DNA of 64,000 nt from assembly GCA_947039505.1 (NCBI GenBank), contig CAMQYZ010000003.1:47323-111322 (forward strand), read 5' to 3'. This DNA comes from an uncultured Mycoplasma sp. (GTDB taxonomy: Bacteria > Bacillota_I > Bacilli_A > Mycoplasmatales > Metamycoplasmataceae). Position 1 is the stretch's first letter. The number at the start of each line of letters is the position of its first letter. Below, piece by piece: positions 36,693-50,019 of the stretch. Position numbers and translations under genes: made by a program. Below the pieces are notes generated by a model that was given only the letters and a program-made list of their open reading frames with translations, was not told where the DNA came from and searched no databases.

Positions 36693-37160
36693 TTAAACAC
36701 TTACTCTTTGAGCTTCTAGCCTAATAATATCTCTTAAATATAATCAAGCATCTTTATAAGTTAAAAAATAGTGTGTTTTATTATTATAACTTAATTTATA
36801 AACAAAGTTTGTTTCATAATCTAATAAGGTATAAGTTTGATTATCATTTTTATAATAAATCTTATTAGGATCATTTTTGACAATTAATGTTCGATAAATA
36901 TTATCTAAAATTGTTCTTTCAGAATCATACATGGCATCTGAAGTTGTTTCCATTGCTAAATCATCACTTAATTGGATACCTGGATTGATAACATTACCTA
37001 AATAAATCATATATTATAATCACTTTTGCTGGATTTATTTTATTACTTGTAGATTTAACTAATTCAAGTTCCGGTTGATTATAAATTATTTTTTTATTAT
37101 CATTATTTTTTGACAATGATTCATTAAAGTCATATACTAAGGAAAGAAATTCTCCATAGT
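36693..37160 (-). pseudogene. Frameshifted 3' fragment (copy 2) of the 41207-43735 gene
   Basis: It has the same 1-nt insertion as copy 3. ORF 36744-37010 is identical in protein to 35107-35373. Confidence 0.75.
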
Positions 37161-37220
37161 GTAAAAATGGTCAAATGGTAATAATTTATTTGCAGTTATT
37201 TCATAAAATTCAATAGTTTA

Positions 37221-38348
37221 TTAATTAGTTGAGGGGATTTTTCGTACTTTATTAGTAAATATTTGTTCTGGAGAAATTCCGCCATTGTTTGCTGTAGTTA
37301 ATCCAGGTGGAAATTGAGGAATATTTGCACCAAAATTATTTCGAGCAAAAGCTTCTAATCCAATACTATTTATTTTACTATTAGTTGGTCAAATAATTGA
37401 TGATATTTGGTTAGATTTAAACGCATCTAATCCAATGCTTGTTAAGTTAGTTAAGTTAGTTAAGTCTAATTCCCCAACTATTGCATTAGCTCTAAAAGCA
37501 GCTTCAGCAATACTTGTTAATTTGTTATTAGTCGGTCAGATAATTGATGATATTTCATTTGCTCAAAAAGCTGCATTTTCAATGCTTTCTAAATTTATTA
37601 AAGGATTAAAGATTAAGTTTGTTAATTGATTGCTTGCAAAAGCGCTTTTACCAATTGATTTAATTTTACTATTATTAATTGGTCATAAAATATTTTTAAT
37701 TTTATTATAAGCAAAAGCACTACCTCCAATAGTTTCTAAATTATCACAATCTTCTAAATCTATTGAGGTTAATTTATTATTATCAAAGGCAATATCACCA
37801 ATATTTTTAAGATTATTAACACCTTTGAAATTAACTGAAGTAAGTCCGAGATTATTAAAAGCTCAAGATCCTATTTCCGTTAATTTAGTTAAACCACTTA
37901 AATTAAGGTCAATATTTAGATTTCTAGTTTCACCATATTCCATGTAAAATGCAGAATTTCCTATATATTCTAAATTAGTTAAATGCGATAAATCTCAAGG
38001 AGTAGAAATATTTTCTGTTTTTTCAACAGGAGACTTGATATTTTTGAAAGCACCTCAATTTATTTTTCTCAAAGTTTTAGGTAAAATCAATCCTTCTATT
38101 TGTTCATTTTCAAAAGCAGAATTAGCAATACTTGTAATAACAATACCGTTATATTCTTCTTTAATTTCAAGTGGACCAACATGTGTGTTTTTTGAGACAA
38201 AACCTGTTATCTCACCATCAGACCTTATCTTTAAACCTTCTGTTTCAAAGGAATATATATAATTTGGTTGTGTTGAACATGATATAGTTACTAACGGAAT
38301 AATTCCAATCGGTAATAATGCTAATGGTAATAATTTGTTTGTTTTCAT
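37221..38348 (-). CDS. BspA-type leucine-rich-repeat lipoprotein, paralog 3
   Basis: MKTNKLLPLALLPIGIIPLVTISC. The frame of 38055-38348 matches the TAA at 37221. The interior was only spot-checked. Confidence 0.65.
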
Positions 38349-38357
38349 TTCTTCTCC

Positions 38358-38837
38358 TTAAACACTTACTCTTTGAGCTTCTAATCTAATAATATCTCTT
38401 AAATATAATCAAGCATCTTTATAAGTTAAAAAATAGTGTGTTTTATTATTATAACTTAATTTATAAACAAAGTTTGTTTCATAATCTAATAAGGTATAAG
38501 TTTGATTATCATTTTTATAATAAATCTTATTAGGATCATTTTTGACAATTAATGTTCGATAAATATTATCTAAAATTGTTCTTTCAGAATCATACATGGC
38601 ATCTGAAGTTGTTTCCATTGCTAAATCATCACTTAATTGGATACCTGGATTGATAACATTACCTAATAAGTCATATATTATAATCACTTTTGTCGGATTT
38701 ATTTTATTACTTGTAGATTTAACTGATTCAAGTTCCGGTTGATTATAAAATATTTTCTTATTATCATTAGTTTTTGATAATGATTCATTAAAGTCATATA
38801 CTAAAGAAAGAAATTCTCCATAGTGTAAATTAGACAT
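38358..38837 (-). pseudogene. Intact-frame 3' fragment (copy 1) of the 41207-43735 gene; may be expressed as a 159-aa remnant
   Basis: MSNLHYGEFLSLVYDFNESLSK...YKDAW... equals the last ~160 residues of the parent. Its ATG lies inside a 9-bp inverted repeat (38830-38838 with 38850-38858). Confidence 0.6.
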
Positions 38838-38918
38838 CTTTATTCCTTGGATGTCTAATAATAATTTATTTATTTTCCTTTAAATGCTCACCATAAGATC
38901 TAAAAGATTAATAGTTTA

Positions 38919-40046
38919 TTAATTAGTTGAGAGAAGTTTTCGTAATCTATTAGTGAAAATTTGTTCTGGAGAAATTCCACCATTGTTTGTTGTTGTTAAT
39001 CCAGGTGGAAAGTTTGGCATACTTGTTCCAAAATTATTTCAAGCAAAAGCTTCTATTCCAATACTGTTTATTTTGCTATTGGTTGGTCAAATAATGGATG
39101 ATATTTTATTATTATAAAACGCCTTTGTTTCAATGCTTGTTAAGTTAGTTAAGTTAGTTAAGTTTAATTCTCCAGTAATTTCATTATATTCAAAAGCACC
39201 TTCAGCAATACTTGTTAATTTGTTATTAGTAGGTCAAATAATTGATGATATTTTATTTTCTCAAAAAGCTCCATTTTCAATACTTTCTAAATTTATTAAA
39301 GGATTAAAGATTAAGTTTGTTAATTGATTGCTTGCAAAAGCGCTTTTACCAATTGATTTAATTTTACTATTATTAATTGGTCATAAAATATTTTTAATTT
39401 TATTAGATGCAAAAGCACTACCTCCAATAGTTTCTAAATTATCACAATCTTCTAAATCTACTGAGGTTAATTTATTATTACCAAAGGCACCAACATAAAT
39501 ATTTTTAAGATTATTAACTCCTTTTAAATTAACTGAAGTAAGTCCAAGATGTCTAAAAGAACTAAATCCAATTTCTGTTAATTTAGTTAAACCACTTAAA
39601 TTAAGGTCGATATTTAGATTTCTAGTTTCATCTCTTTTCATTACAAATGCGTTATCACCTATGTATTCTAAATTAGTTAAATTTGATAAATCTCAAGGAG
39701 TAGAAATACTTTCTGTTTTTTTAACAGGAGACTTTATATTTTTAAAAGCACCTGCATTTATTCTTGTTAAAGTTTTCGGTAAAATCAACCCTTCTATTTG
39801 TTCATCTTGAAAAGCATAATTTGCAATACTTGTAATAACAATACCATTGTATTCTTCTTTAATTTCAAGTGGCCCAACATGTGTGTTTTTTGAGACAAAA
39901 CCCGTTATCTCACCATCAGAGTATATTTTCAAACCTTCTGCTTCAAAGCTATATAAATTATCTGGTTGTGTTGAACACGATATAGTTACTAATGGAATAA
40001 TTCCAATTGGCAATAATGCTAATGGTAATAATTTTTTTGTTTTCAT
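38919..40046 (-). CDS. BspA-type leucine-rich-repeat lipoprotein, paralog 2
   Basis: Pieces 39693-40046 and 39381-39641 are in the same frame as the TAA at 38919. It has a lipobox and LRR_5-like repeats. Confidence 0.75.
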
Positions 40047-40138
40047 TTCTTCTCCTTAAACACTTACTCTTTGAGCTTCTAATCTAATAATATCTCTAAG
40101 GTATTTATTATTTCAATATCTAAAATTCAAATAGTTTA

Positions 40139-41197
40139 TTAATTAGTTGAGGGGATTTTTCGCACTTTATTAGTAAATATTTGTTCTGGAGAAATTCCGC
40201 CATTGTTTGCTGTTGTTAATCCAGGTGGAAATTGAGGGATATTTGCACCAAAATTATTTAAAGCAAAAGCTTCTAATCCAATACTGCTTATTTTACTATT
40301 AGTTGGTCAAATAATGGATGATATTTGATTAGACTCAAATGAATGTTTTCCAATGCTTGTTAAGTTAGTTAAGTTAGTTAAATCTAATTCTCCAGTGATT
40401 TCATTATCTCAAAAAGCAGAATCATCAATATTTTCTAAATTTAATAAAGGATTAAGGATTAAGTTTGTTAATGGATTACGTAAAAAAGCACTATGACCAA
40501 TTGATTTAATTTTACTATTATTAATTGGTCATAAAATATTTTTAATTTTATTATTAGCAAAAGCACTAATTCCAATATTTTCTAAATTATCACAATCTTC
40601 TAAATCTATTGAGGTTAATTTATTACCATCAAAGGCACCATCAGTAATATTTTTAAGATTATTAACACCTTTAAAATTAACTGAAGTAAGTCCAAGACGA
40701 TTAAAAACATTAGTTCCAATTTTTGTTAATTTAGTTAAACCACTTAAATTAAGGTCAATATTTAGATTTCGAGTTTCATTTGATGACACTTGAAATGCAT
40801 TATCTCCTATGTGCTCCAAATTAGTTAAATACGATAAATCTCAAGGAGTAGAAATACTTTCTGTTTTTTTAACAGGAGACTTTATATTCATAAAAGCACC
40901 ATTATATATTCTTGTTAAAGTTTTAGGTAAAATCAACCCTTCTATTTGTTCATCTTTAAAAGCTCAACTAGCAATACTTGTAATAACAATACCATTGTAT
41001 TCTTCCTTAATTTCAAGTGGTCCAACATGTGTGTTTTTTGAGACAAAACCCGTTATCTGACCATCAGATCTTATCTTTAGACCTTCAGCTTCAAAAGTAT
41101 ATATATGATTATCTGGTGGTGTTGAACACGATATAGTTACTAATGGAATAATCCCGATCGGTAATAATGCTAATGGTAATAATTTTTTTGTTTTCAT
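40139..41197 (-). CDS. BspA-type leucine-rich-repeat lipoprotein, paralog 1
   Basis: Pieces 40964-41197 and 40529-40819 are in the same frame as the TAA at 40139. It has a lipobox and LRR_5-like repeats. Confidence 0.75.
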
Positions 41198-41206
41198 TTC
41201 TTCTCC

Positions 41207-43735
41207 TTAAACACTTACTCTTTGAGCTTCTAATCTAATAATATCTCTTAAATATAATCAAGCATCTTTATAAGTTAAAAAATAGTGTGTTTTATTATTA
41301 TAACTTAATTTATAAACAAAGTTTGTTTCATAATCTAATAAGGTATAAGTTTGATTATCATTTTTATAATAAATCTTATTAGGATCATTTTTGACAATTA
41401 ATGTTCGATAAATATTATCTAAAATTGTTCTTTCAGAATCATACATGGCATCTGAAGTTGTTTCCATTGCTAAATCATCACTTAATTGAATTCCTGGATT
41501 GATAACATTACCTAATAAGTCATATATTATAATAACTTTTGCCGGATTTATTTTATTACTTGTTGATTTAACTAATTCAAGTTCAGGTTGATTATAAAAT
41601 ATTTTCTTATTATCATTAGGTTTTGACAATGATTCATTAAAGTCATATACCAAAGAAAGAAATTCTCCATAGTGTAAATTAGACATCTTTATTTCTGTAT
41701 TTAATGATGGTTCAGTTAAAACCAAAATATCATTTGTATTAAGTATTAGTTTATTTTTAATAGTTTCAGGCAGTTGATTAGAGTATTTTGTCTTCAATTC
41801 TTTTAAATTCTTATTATAAGAATTAAGGGCATAATCAAAATTAGCATATGTTGGTTTTAGATCATCTCCTGAACTTGAGTTATCTTCAGGAAACAAAGAT
41901 CCTTGATACTCATCTGTTTGAATAGAAAATAATCCATCATCTTTTAAATCAATTTTAACAAAAGTATTACTACTAGATATAATGTTCCCTTCTTTGGAAA
42001 CATTATTCGAAATATTTAATAGAGATCCTAATGGATCCTTTGATTCATTATTATATTTTTCTAAAAATGTTTTATAAAATAATTCACTACTTAAAAAATC
42101 TGTTGAAACAATTGGAAAACTATCAATCCTAAAAATAGGAGATTTTTTATAAGTTAAAAAATAATTCATATTTTGATAAAATTTTAAAAAATAATGTAAA
42201 ACTGATCTATTCTTTTGAAAAAAAATAGCTTCTTTTAGTTTAATCTTAATATCAAATAGAGAATTTATATTATTATTATTATTATATTTATATGTAACAT
42301 CAAAACTTTCTCCAAGACCTTTTTCAATAAATGACTGATCTACAAAGAGTGAAATAAGATTATTTTTGAATTCTTGCTCAAGAGTAGTGATTAAAGGATT
42401 ATTTTTGACATTATTATTTGACCACAAGTTCAACAACTGTTTTTTTAATGATTGAATAAATCCGTTTTTATTTTCTAATTGGAAATTAACATCAAAATCT
42501 ACTTGATTATAATGTCAAGTTCCTTTTTGTAAAATTTGAGTATTAATACCCTGCCTAGTTTCGTGTCCATCATCACCTTGAGAAATCAGTTCAAAACTAT
42601 ACTTTTCAAGAAAGTTATTAAATCTTAGTCCGTCTGCTCTATCATATCATTCGCCATTGATTCCACCGTGTTTTTGAGTGAATCTCTCTACTTTGTTCTT
42701 AGGATTTCATGCATCTCTGTTTAGAAAAACATCGAAATCATTAAGTTCACCATAAGAAACATTGTTAAAAATCATTGAAGTTAGTTGCTGTTCATTTTTT
42801 GAATTGTAAATAGTTTTTGGAGTTTCTTGACCTATTGGTTTTAAGAAATATTCTAAGGCTTTTGGATCTGAATAATTTAATTTTATAGTTGCTATAAATC
42901 CAGAATCTTCAAGTGCTTTTTCAATAGCCATTCCAAAATTATCATTAATTTCAGTAATAAAATTATTAGGTGTTTGTGTATATAAGTTATTTAATCATGA
43001 ATCACTAGAAAGAGAGACAAAATTATCGGTTTCAGAGTTACTTTTGGCAGTATTAAACATAGGCATTACCCCAAAAGTATTTGCTGTACTTGGGTTGCTT
43101 GCTGAATGAGTCGCATTACTTAAAGTTATTGCTTTCATTTTATTGATATCTTCTTGATTCAAAGGATTTATTTTAACAGTTTTATGTTCTTTTTCATCAT
43201 ACACTTCATAAAAAACAGTTTCATCTATCTTGATACCTTTAAGAATTTCTCGTTGAGCTTCAGCATAAGAAGAGTGCAAGACACCATTTGTATCTTGGTA
43301 TTTATATTTAACTAGTCCTTCATTAACAAATGATTTTTTAGCTTTATTGAAATCTTGTTCATAACCACCAAAAGCATTTAAATATGCTGCAGAAATTCTG
43401 TTTTGGTCAAATTTTTTTAATTGATTAATATTTATTTGATTAGTTTGATGATCAAAGATAGCATTTTTAGCATTTCCATAATATAAATCATCATTGATAT
43501 ACTTGTTGTTATTAACTAATTCATTAGTAATGTCATCTAATGAATCATAATATTGGTTGTTAAACAAGTATTTAAAATTATTAGTATTACCACCGGTGTT
43601 GGCATTAGATAAATTTCCTTCTTGACTAACAACAGAGATTCCAGAACCCTGTGCAATAACAGAGATAGTTGCAATAACAGAAGAGGTGAACAATATTCCT
43701 GAACCGATTATTTTGATTTTGTTTTTCTTTTTCAT
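41207..43735 (-). CDS. Large membrane-anchored surface protein (842 aa), parent of the duplicated fragments
   Basis: Pieces 42995-43735, 42707-42931 and 41258-42436 share one frame. It has an N-terminal signal anchor KIIGSGILFTSSVIATISVIA. The terminal TGA after YKDA is read through to TAA at 41207, 9 nt before the LRR-1 ATG. Confidence 0.75.
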
Positions 43736-46700
43736 TATTTATTCTCCTTGATTGCTGTTTCTAAGATGAAATTAATAAATTCATCTTTTGAATTAAATAT
43801 TTGCCCTTGATATTCATAAATATGATTTTCTGTATTGTAAGTATAAAGAGTAAAGTTTTCTTCCGATAATAACCAATTAAAGGCATCTCCTTCACTAAAG
43901 AAGTATTTTGATAAATTATTACTTAAAGTCGCTTCATAAATATAATTGGATTTTATCGAAGAACTTAATGCACTAAACATATTATTGTTATTTATTTCAT
44001 TATTAATCACTGTTTTTGAATCAATATCGAAAGAAGCATGAAATAATTTTCTAATATTTTCTTCGACTTCTCTATCTGTAATAACTTTACCTGAAAGTAA
44101 TTCTTGATTTGGGTCAAAAATAATGTATTGCTTATTTGTTCTGTTGGTAATAAATCCTTGAGCATTTCAAGAAATTGAGGGTAATGTGTATTCGCCAATA
44201 GAACCATCATCTTCATTTGTTCCATCAATACCTTTAGGTTTGTTATTGCTCAAAATAGGCATAAGTGCTATTTTAACACTTCGAATATCGTTTATTACTT
44301 GGTCAATAATCAAACTTATATTCGCATTAATATCACTAACCGCTTGTCCATTTGCAAAAACAAATTTTTTCGAATGATATTCAGGCGCTGATCCATCTTT
44401 AGAATAATAAATTTTATTGTAAACATATTGTGATAAAGATATGTAATTTTTATCATTCGGATTCAAAATTATCAAATCATTGATATCTCCAAATTTATCA
44501 AAAACTTTATCATTTCTTATCGCAGAAGGTTTAAGGGGTGAAATATCATCAAAACTATAAACAACCTTTATATTATCATTATTCAAATTTTCAACATTAT
44601 TTAAAATTGATTTTAATTGATCTATTTTCAAAGAATCCAAATTAGTTTCTTGATATGTCTTCCCATCAAAATAGAGTTGATTTTGAACTTTTCCGCTAAT
44701 AATTTCTCAAGGTTTCAATAATTTCATGTCATCAATTGTTGTCGACGATATTTCTGCTAGACCGAAAAACATTGTTGTTTTTTGTCCGCCATTTCAAATA
44801 AAATTAGAACCTTCTATTTTATCAAAAACATATGAACTATAAGAAGTTTTTGGAATGAAAATTTGATTAATTAAATCAAGAGCTACAAGAGCCACTTGAA
44901 CATAAGGAATTCCTTTTGCAAAAAGCGCCATTTTTGGTGATGAGTTAATGGCATTCAACAACTTTGCCAATCCTTTTGCATCAGTGTTTTTTACAACGTT
45001 AAATGTATCACTTAATCCAGAAATAGATTTTTTCAACATGAATGTTGTGTCATTACTTTCAATTCAACCTTGAAGATCAATGAAAGAATTAATGAATTTT
45101 TTTCCAATTTCTAATGATTTTGAAATTATAAAAAAATTGTTAACAATTTTTGGTTCAATCACAAAGTTTATCGAATATTGTTTTAAAGGTATTTTATTAA
45201 CTATTGATTGCAATTTGACATAAAGATTTTCTTGATTACCATTAAAATTTACAAATTGATTAAGTTCTCTTGAACTAGCATTGTTGATAAACTTAATCAA
45301 CATATAATTTTCTCAACTCAAATCATCTTTCGCTCCAAGAAGCTTGTCTCCATTCAAATCTAAAACTCCATCACTCTTTTCAAAATCATCTAATAATCCA
45401 TATTTATCATTTCCTATAGAAATCTTTTTGAAATTTTCTTCAAAAATAAATTTAGCAGAACTTGAAAATAAACTATTTGTAGTTGATAGCGCAATAACTA
45501 TATTATCAAGGAAATCAGAATCAATAGTTTGACTATTTTGTTGAACAATTGTATTTTTAATAATTTCCATATTTGAAGAAGAAAACATATTTCAAAGATT
45601 TTCATATAAGTGTATATTTGAGGTTACAAAAACTCCAGAACTTTTTCCTAATAATTGTTCGATAAATTCATTTTTATAAGGAATTGTTCCACCATTATAC
45701 ATTGCATTTAAAGTAGCTTGTGAATATATTTTAATTCCTGCAATAAATTGTTTATAGTTTTTTGATATTTCACTAATAAAATATTGTATATCTGTATTTC
45801 AATCTATATTGTTGTTATCAAAACTAAATATTTCTGTTAATGATAATGTTTTTCCAGGAGTATTTGGGTTAGTTGATTTTAGTAAATCTGCAGGGAATAA
45901 TAAAGCAATTACATAATCTAGATATTCAGTAATGGCAACAAAAAGTTTTTGAACTTCTTGAATGGTGCTTTGTTTTGCCTCAGCTTCGATTAAATTATCT
46001 AAAAGAAACATAAAAGAAATTGGCAAATTATAAAAGGTATTATATTTTTGTCCTTTTCTCATTTGAATATTAAGATCGACTCATTCATTGTAAATGTATG
46101 AATGTTTTGATTTTAACATTTTATAAAAAGGATTGATGTGACTATCATTTAAATATTTTATATTGAAAGGTAAGTTATTGTCTATTGATTCATCTGCCAC
46201 TAGAATAAGATTCATTAAATTAGCAATTAAATCAACATTTTGATTTTCAGATAATAAAGGATCATTTTTCTCAATTTCATCTCACTGGTCTGGATCTGTC
46301 ATTACCTCTAAATCAGAACTACTTTTTACATAATAAGGTCCAAATAGTGAATTTGGATCTTCACGATCTAAATCAACTACATAAGTGCTTTTTCCTTGAT
46401 TAGAATGTATTCTTGTATATGAAGGATTGTTGAATGCACTTAGAAGTTCTGGATTTGGGTTTTTTAAGTCTTCTTGATTAGCGTAAAAATATTTACCAGA
46501 TTGATCTTTGAATTCAAGATATTTTTTTGCTTGATTGTTCATGCTATCCATGAAGTCTTTTTTACTTTGTAAAGAATTACCTTCTATGGAACTAAATAAT
46601 TCTTGGACATTAATTGCTGAAGAAATAATACCATCAGGACCAATGATTCCAATATTTTGACTTGCATTGGCAGTGTCATAACCATCACCACCTGGAACAT

Positions 46701-47298
46701 AATATTTTTCACTCAAGTATAATCTTAAATCTTCAATATTTTTGAAATAAATATTGTTAAAGTAATAAGCATCATGAAGAGATAAGTATGAATCTTTAGC
46801 AGCTTCTTCACTTTTGTGAATGGAATTATTTTTTCCACGATATATTTCTGTTTTTAACTGATCTTCGCTTTGGTTAAAATATAATTTAGATAAATCATTG
46901 CCACTTATTTCACCAATTCCAGAAAGATCTTGTGAAAATTTAGAAGAAGAAAGTCCGGTATAACGATTGATTCTCTTAGATAAGTGTTCTCTTAATAATT
47001 TTGGATCATTAAAATAAATCTTTTCTCCTTTGTCGTCAATTGATCAACGATATCTATTATTAACTGTTTTTGTACCTTTATAATAATTTGCTTGACCATA
47101 TTCCAATAAATCTTGTGTTGAGTTAAATGTTTGATTATCAAATGTATATCTTTGATTTAAGTTATTAGCTGTTGTTTGTGTAGATAAACCAGTAGATGTT
47201 GCAACCAAGACTGCAGAAACACCTAAAAATCCAGCACCACTCATTATTGGCAAGACTTTCTTTAATGACATTTTTTTAGTTTGTTTATTTTCTTTCAT
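43735..47298 (-). CDS. Very large membrane-anchored surface protein (1187 aa)
   Basis: Eight ORF-track pieces are all in the same frame. The gap 44011-44166 was checked by hand and holds only a TGA. It has an N-terminal anchor LPIMSGAGFLGVSAVLVATS. The stop overlaps the next ATG as ATGA/TAATG-type coupling. Confidence 0.7.
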
Positions 47299-47310
47299 AA
47301 TTTCATCCTT

Positions 47311-49137
47311 TTAATTTTTATAATTTTTCTTTTTGAAGATATAGATTGTTAAAATGTTAAGACCCACTGTAACGAAGATAATTGATAAAATGGGTAAGTA
47401 AATATTATTAAGATATGTTGTATTTTTCATTTCCATAAAATAAGAATATTTGGCAATTGAACTCGAATTTTCTCTAAAATTCATTTGAAATATATTGGTT
47501 AGTGAAGTGTTTAATTTGGCATTTAATTCTATTGCCTTATCAAGTGTAAAAGTTGAAGCATCGACAAAATCATTTCAAGTTTTTTGGTCGATGATGCTTG
47601 GACTAATTTCTTTTAACTTTTCAATAGTTGTTGGCACATATTGTTTATTTAAGTCTAAATAATGAATTGCAGTTCCGGAAAATCTGATTAAATCATTTTT
47701 GATAAATGCAACATCTTTGGCATCAGGAAGATCAACTAAGTTTTTTGATTTGGCACTTGGATAAAGTAAGTTGATGTCTCCAAAAGAACCAAATTCAAAA
47801 ACATTCATTTGAGCAATATCACTTGTTCATAAAAATGATAATAGTTTAACTAAAGAGGGATTGAACAATAATTCAATTTGTTTCATAATATCAGGTGTTT
47901 TTATTGCTAAAAGATCCTGATTGTTAAAATAATAAAACAATTGACTGAAATTAATATCAATTCCCAGTAATGCCCTAATTGTTAAAAATTCACTTTCCGA
48001 TAAGGAGTTAGATTTTCAATCAATAGAATTACTAAGCTTATTATACAATAAATCAATAATTTTTTCATCATTAAGATTAATAAATTTGGTCTCTGGATTA
48101 GCAATTTTTGTAATATTATCAATTAAAAGATTTTGATATGCTACATTATTCATCTCCAAAGGAGAAAAGTCTTCTGGTCTTGTTGAAAATAAATATTTAT
48201 TAGCCAAATTAATGTTGTTCATAGAAATATCAATAAATTGATTTTTCATCAAAGAATAATTACTGTCAATCTTGTTATTTTGAAAATTAAGATCATTCAA
48301 CAAAGATGAATTCATAGATAGAAGTATTTCACCAGGGATTAAACTTTGATAAAAAGGTGTGTTATTGAGAGTTTCCAAGATGTTTTCATCAATTTTATTT
48401 TGAGATTCATGATTTATTTCATCAACCAAGAAAGTTTTGTTGTGATCTTGGTCAACAATTGTTAGTTTAGAAAAAGAATTGTAGTTATCGTTGTTATATA
48501 AAATAGTGTTATCAAAATTATTATTTTGTAATGTTCTAGAAAGAACTGGGGCAAAACCAACCAATAAAACTACTAAAAAAGAAGATACTCCAAATCATAA
48601 AGGTTTTAAAACAATAGCCAATAAAACTAATAAAGCTGCAAGAATTGAAAAAATAATGGGAGTAATCAATAAATTGCTAATTAATAAGTAAATAATTCAT
48701 TGAGCATCATAACTAAAAGATAAAACAAAAATAGATGATATTAAGAATTGAGCGAACATGATCATCACTAGAAAACTAAAGATAATAATCATTCTTGAAA
48801 AAAATAGTCCATATTTAGATATTGGTTTGGAAAACATAATAACATCAATGCTATTCGTTTTGTTTTCAGAAAATAACTTATTAATTAAAAATATTAATCA
48901 AATCAGCGAAACTATTATAGAAACAATACTAAAGATAAAAGAAAAGTTTAATAAATCTAAATCTATAATAAAGAAGGTAATTAATGTTATTGGTTGTGAA
49001 AACAACAACAAAAATGTCAGGATTCAAAAAGAAATACTTTTTTTCAATAAAAATAAATTAAATTTAACAATTGAATAAAATTGTGGATTGAAAGGGTTTT
49101 TAACCTTATTGGTAAGTTTTACTTTAGACTTCAACAT
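47311..49137 (-). CDS. ABC transporter permease-like membrane protein with large extracytoplasmic domain
   Basis: 609 codons. It has N-terminal multi-TM segments, a central soluble region of about 300 aa (pieces 48016-48564 and 47575-47808) and a C-terminal TM helix. It overlaps the ATPase gene by 14 nt. The interior was only partly checked. Confidence 0.6.
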
Positions 49138-49843
49138 TAATAATAATCTCCTTGTATTTCTCAATTAAATCTTTCCCTGCTATTTTGCCACTTCATTTAA
49201 TCTCTCCTTTTTTAATAAAAGTAACCGAATTAATGTATTTTTTTATTTCATCCAAAATATGAGATGAAATAAAAATCGTGACCCCTTTATTATTTAAGTC
49301 TTTTAGTAATTCAAAAAATTGTAATCTAGAAGTCGGGTCTAAAAAAGCCGCCGGCTCATCTAATATAATAATTTCTGATTGTTCTAAGGCCGCTCTAATT
49401 AAGAGAATTTTCTTAACTTGTCCAGAAGATAGTTTGTTGGGATTCCGAGAAATATCTTCTTCAAGATTAAGTTTTTTAATCCAATCATTAAGTTCAATCT
49501 TGATTTGCTCTTTATCTTCTCTAACCAATAATGCTAATTGATATAAGAAATCATAAGCAGAAATATTTAGTGGAAAAGATGTTTTATCAGGAATATAACA
49601 TAATTTAGCACGAGCTTTGACATCCGTCTTTACATTTAACCCATTAACTAATAAATTTCCATCAAAATCATTGTTTAAACCAGAAATAATTTTAATTGCC
49701 GTTGATTTTCCAGCCCCATTTTCACCAATAAAGGCATGAAATTCCCCTTTTGCAACATTAAAACTAACATTCTTTAATGTAAAATCTTTGTCTTTATTTT
49801 TATATTTCATATAAATATTTGATGCGGATATAATTGTTTCCAT
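49124..49843 (-). CDS. ABC transporter ATP-binding protein
   Basis: Walker A GENGAGKST, signature LSSGQ, Walker B IIILDEP and H-loop SSHIL. The TGA at 49193 is read through to TAA at 49124. Confidence 0.9.
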
Positions 49844-50019
49844 ATTTCCAATAAATTATAACTTAAAATTAGTAAAATATGACAAGGTAAATTATTAATT
49901 TTTAAATGATTAATCATCTAAATAAAAGATAAATTCATTTTTTACCTCTTTTGATCTTTAATATATAAATATATTTATACACATTTACAATTATATGATT
50001 ATCTATATATAATTGAAGT

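Larger units (their letters stand above)
33635..41257 (-). repeat. Tandem gene array: five units of [3' fragment of upstream gene + conserved leader + LRR lipoprotein gene]
   Basis: The ORF-track peptides ...YKLSYNNKTHYFLTYKDA and MKTKKLLPLALLP(L/I)GIIPL(I/V)TISC recur with a period of about 1.1-1.7 kb. The roughly 60-nt leader ...TAAGGAGAAGAAATG is conserved. Confidence 0.9.

Noticed and set aside
33600-41300. Regular ~1.1-1.7-kb periodicity as a possible CRISPR array, IS cluster or integrated element
   Set aside because: The repeat units are kilobase-sized protein-coding paralogs with lipoprotein signal peptides. There are no short direct repeats with spacers and no transposase or integrase.
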